Positions 61,811-64,000 of a stretch of 64,000 nucleotides of DNA are shown here, piece after piece; position 1 is the first letter of the stretch, and each line of letters opens with the position of its first letter. A model generated the notes under the pieces. The model ran no database searches. It saw only the letters and a program-made list of their open reading frames with translations, and had not been told where the DNA came from. The DNA comes from Heteronotia binoei (Eukaryota): positions 89,900,001-89,964,000 of the forward strand of contig NC_083224.1 in the NCBI RefSeq assembly GCF_032191835.1, written 5' to 3'. The position numbers and the translations under genes were made by a program.

Positions 61811-63654
61811 ACAGGCATACATAACATAACTCTGCATGTGTCTCAGGATGGCAACAAACAAAGTGTGTCAAGATCCTGATGTGCTGCCATTTATTCAGCT
61901 GGTAGGCTGTGCTCAACCTAGTTTGTGACCTGTTGTCATGCAGACCTGGGTTAGTAGCATCTGTTATTACCAGTTTCGTCATTTTTCAACATAGCCTTAT
62001 AAGCCATGGATAGGTCTATGGGAACCAGCCTGCTGCTTTTCTAAGGAATGAACACGTCATGCTAGTAAACATTCACAGTTCTTCACAAATGCTATAGAAT
62101 ATAGGCCAACATCAGCCAAATGGGTATCAGATACAAAATGTTGATCTGCAGACACAGTCTTGTTCTACAACTAAAAGTGTGGCATCCTGACTCACATGAA
62201 ATAGTGTTCTATTATTGTGGGGTAAATTGCCTGACTGTTTCCATCCTGGAGTGAATATTGATGTTGGTTATATTCTTCATATAGAGGCTATCCATATGTC
62301 TGGCTTCTTTGGATTCCTGAAAATTAGAAGCAGCATGTCCTCCCTCTGCTGTCTGCAGCAAGGATGGGCAATGGGGGGGATAGAGTTTCTCCACTCCCAC
62401 CTGGGAGGTGGCAGCCCTACTTGCTTGACTCCTAGTTCACTGTCATCAAGCAGTCTTAATATGCTTAAAATTTAAATAACTTGAAATAACTTAATTTCTT
62501 TAAAATACTAATAAAATAACTAATAAGAATAAGTGCCCAAGGCCCCCACAATAACTATCAGAGTACCTCTGTACTAATACTGGAAGGTGGGAGTAGGTTG
62601 ATTTCTGTGTGAGGTGGAATATTGTTTGCACACTTTTCCTTATCTCTCCATATGGTAAAGGCCTAGAAGCTTACTTTAAAAAAATAATGGGATCATTTAT
62701 AGAAAGAGCTTGGAATATCCCTGAGAGCCCCACAACAACGATGCCTTGGGTAAATTGGGAATGAACATTAAGAAAAACTGGTTCCACACTTCACTTCAAT
62801 CATCACATATAATTTCATGTTCCACTACCAAGATACATAAGTAGTAGGGGTTGGCTAGATGACCCTGGAGGTATCTTCCAACTCTGATTCTGTGATTAGT
62901 GCTTTTTCATAGATTCTGATGTTGGCTCTTTCAGACCCTACCAGCCAGACAAGTAGTTGTTTCTGGCAAAATAAATCATCCCTAATTCTCTTGCTAAGAA
63001 GTTGGAAAGTCAAATTAGGATAAACTAAAACTCCTGTATCTCTCTTGTTTACTAGGAGTAGCAACATCATAGCTATATTCTGATTTAATTTACTCTGATG
63101 CAGATTTTTACCATATCTGTTGGCTCCAGGAGTATAATGCCTGTTTTTTTCTTTTAAAATTCACTGATGCTACTTTCAGTTAATGCTGGGCCTGATTCTT
63201 TTGATATCCCAGTAAAACAAGCAAGCAAATAAGACCTTTTTCACATTCTTTAACATAAAAGTCTCCTACAGAGACAAATGTTTATAAAGTGTTCTATCTG
63301 TGTATGGACTACAAGCAACCTTCTGGGGGCTAAAATAGGTGCCATATAAAAGGTACATTCTGCTGTGTCAAAGCCCTGAACTGACTTTAGTATTAGAGAA
63401 CTTCATCATAAAGATTTTCAGAATTCTTTGGACAAAATAAATGCAAACTTGGCATTTATTCAGTGTTACATTTTTCTAATATCTGAGAAGGTTGTTACTG
63501 CATGTATATTGGTCTGAATGTAATTAAACTGGCAAATGAAAAGAAAGGTGGCAGAAGTGCAGAAGAGAAAGGATCAGGAAAGAGGCTGGGAAAATCTAGG
63601 TGCTCATGGTTCTCTACCCATAAACTCTGCCACCACTTAAATTGATTTACATTA

Positions 63655-63900
63655 TTTATAGTCCACCTTTCACACTTGGATTCAAGGCAGATTGCACATA
63701 GTGAGTTAATACAATGGGATGGGATATTCAATAAACAATGTAATAGGATTGTGGTTGTGGAACTAACCAGGAATTTAAGAACTGAAGCAAAACACAAATA
63801 TTAACATGACACAATACATTATGGAAATATTACATAGTGAGATGCTAGTTTCAGCAAGCTATACACAGTAGTATAGCCCAAAGTCCCCAATAATTTATCC
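63655..63900 (-). mobile_element. Old L2 3' tail fragment
   Basis: Similar to ~5740-5960 and ~48780-49000. Confidence 0.5.
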
Positions 63901-64000
63901 AAGCAACTTTGTGAATAATTTTGTGCAGTTGTAACCTTTTTGCCTCAGTAGAAAGGCAAAAAAACTGAACAATTCAGTTTTGCATAATTTGAGGCAAGTG

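Noticed and set aside
56146-64000. ELAPOR1 exon 2 (SEYHYEYTACD...)
   Set aside because: No matching frame seen; intron 1 is long in human, so it probably lies beyond the window.

Overview
Squamate (most likely gecko) genomic DNA, syntenic with human 1p13.3. Four protein-coding genes and one ncRNA can be supported: (1) a FAM107-family gene on the minus strand (three clear coding exons, 3515-7303; 5' end unresolved) that looks like neither FAM107A nor FAM107B by position; (2) complete TMEM167B (+, 3 exons, 74 aa); (3) SCARNA2 with its own Pol II-type promoter; (4) complete CFAP276/C1orf194 (-, 5 exons, 172 aa); (5) ELAPOR1/KIAA1324 exon 1 (+), head-to-head with CFAP276. The rest is repeat-rich: L2, CR1, L1 and RTE LINE pieces, tRNA-, Sauria- and 5S-type SINEs, hAT MITEs and two probable solo LTRs. 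Best leads: two ~1.8-kb inverted arms of 154-bp tandem repeats (31291-33096 and 39290-41100) with foldback-transposon architecture; a Penelope-derived 264-bp near-perfect hairpin with a 13-bp TSD carrying one minimal hammerhead ribozyme on each strand (49548-49843); the extra FAM107 paralogue; and an Arg-rich ORF inside a solo LTR. Homology calls rest on recalled sequences, not database searches. Exon boundaries were counted base by base; most repeat boundaries are approximate.
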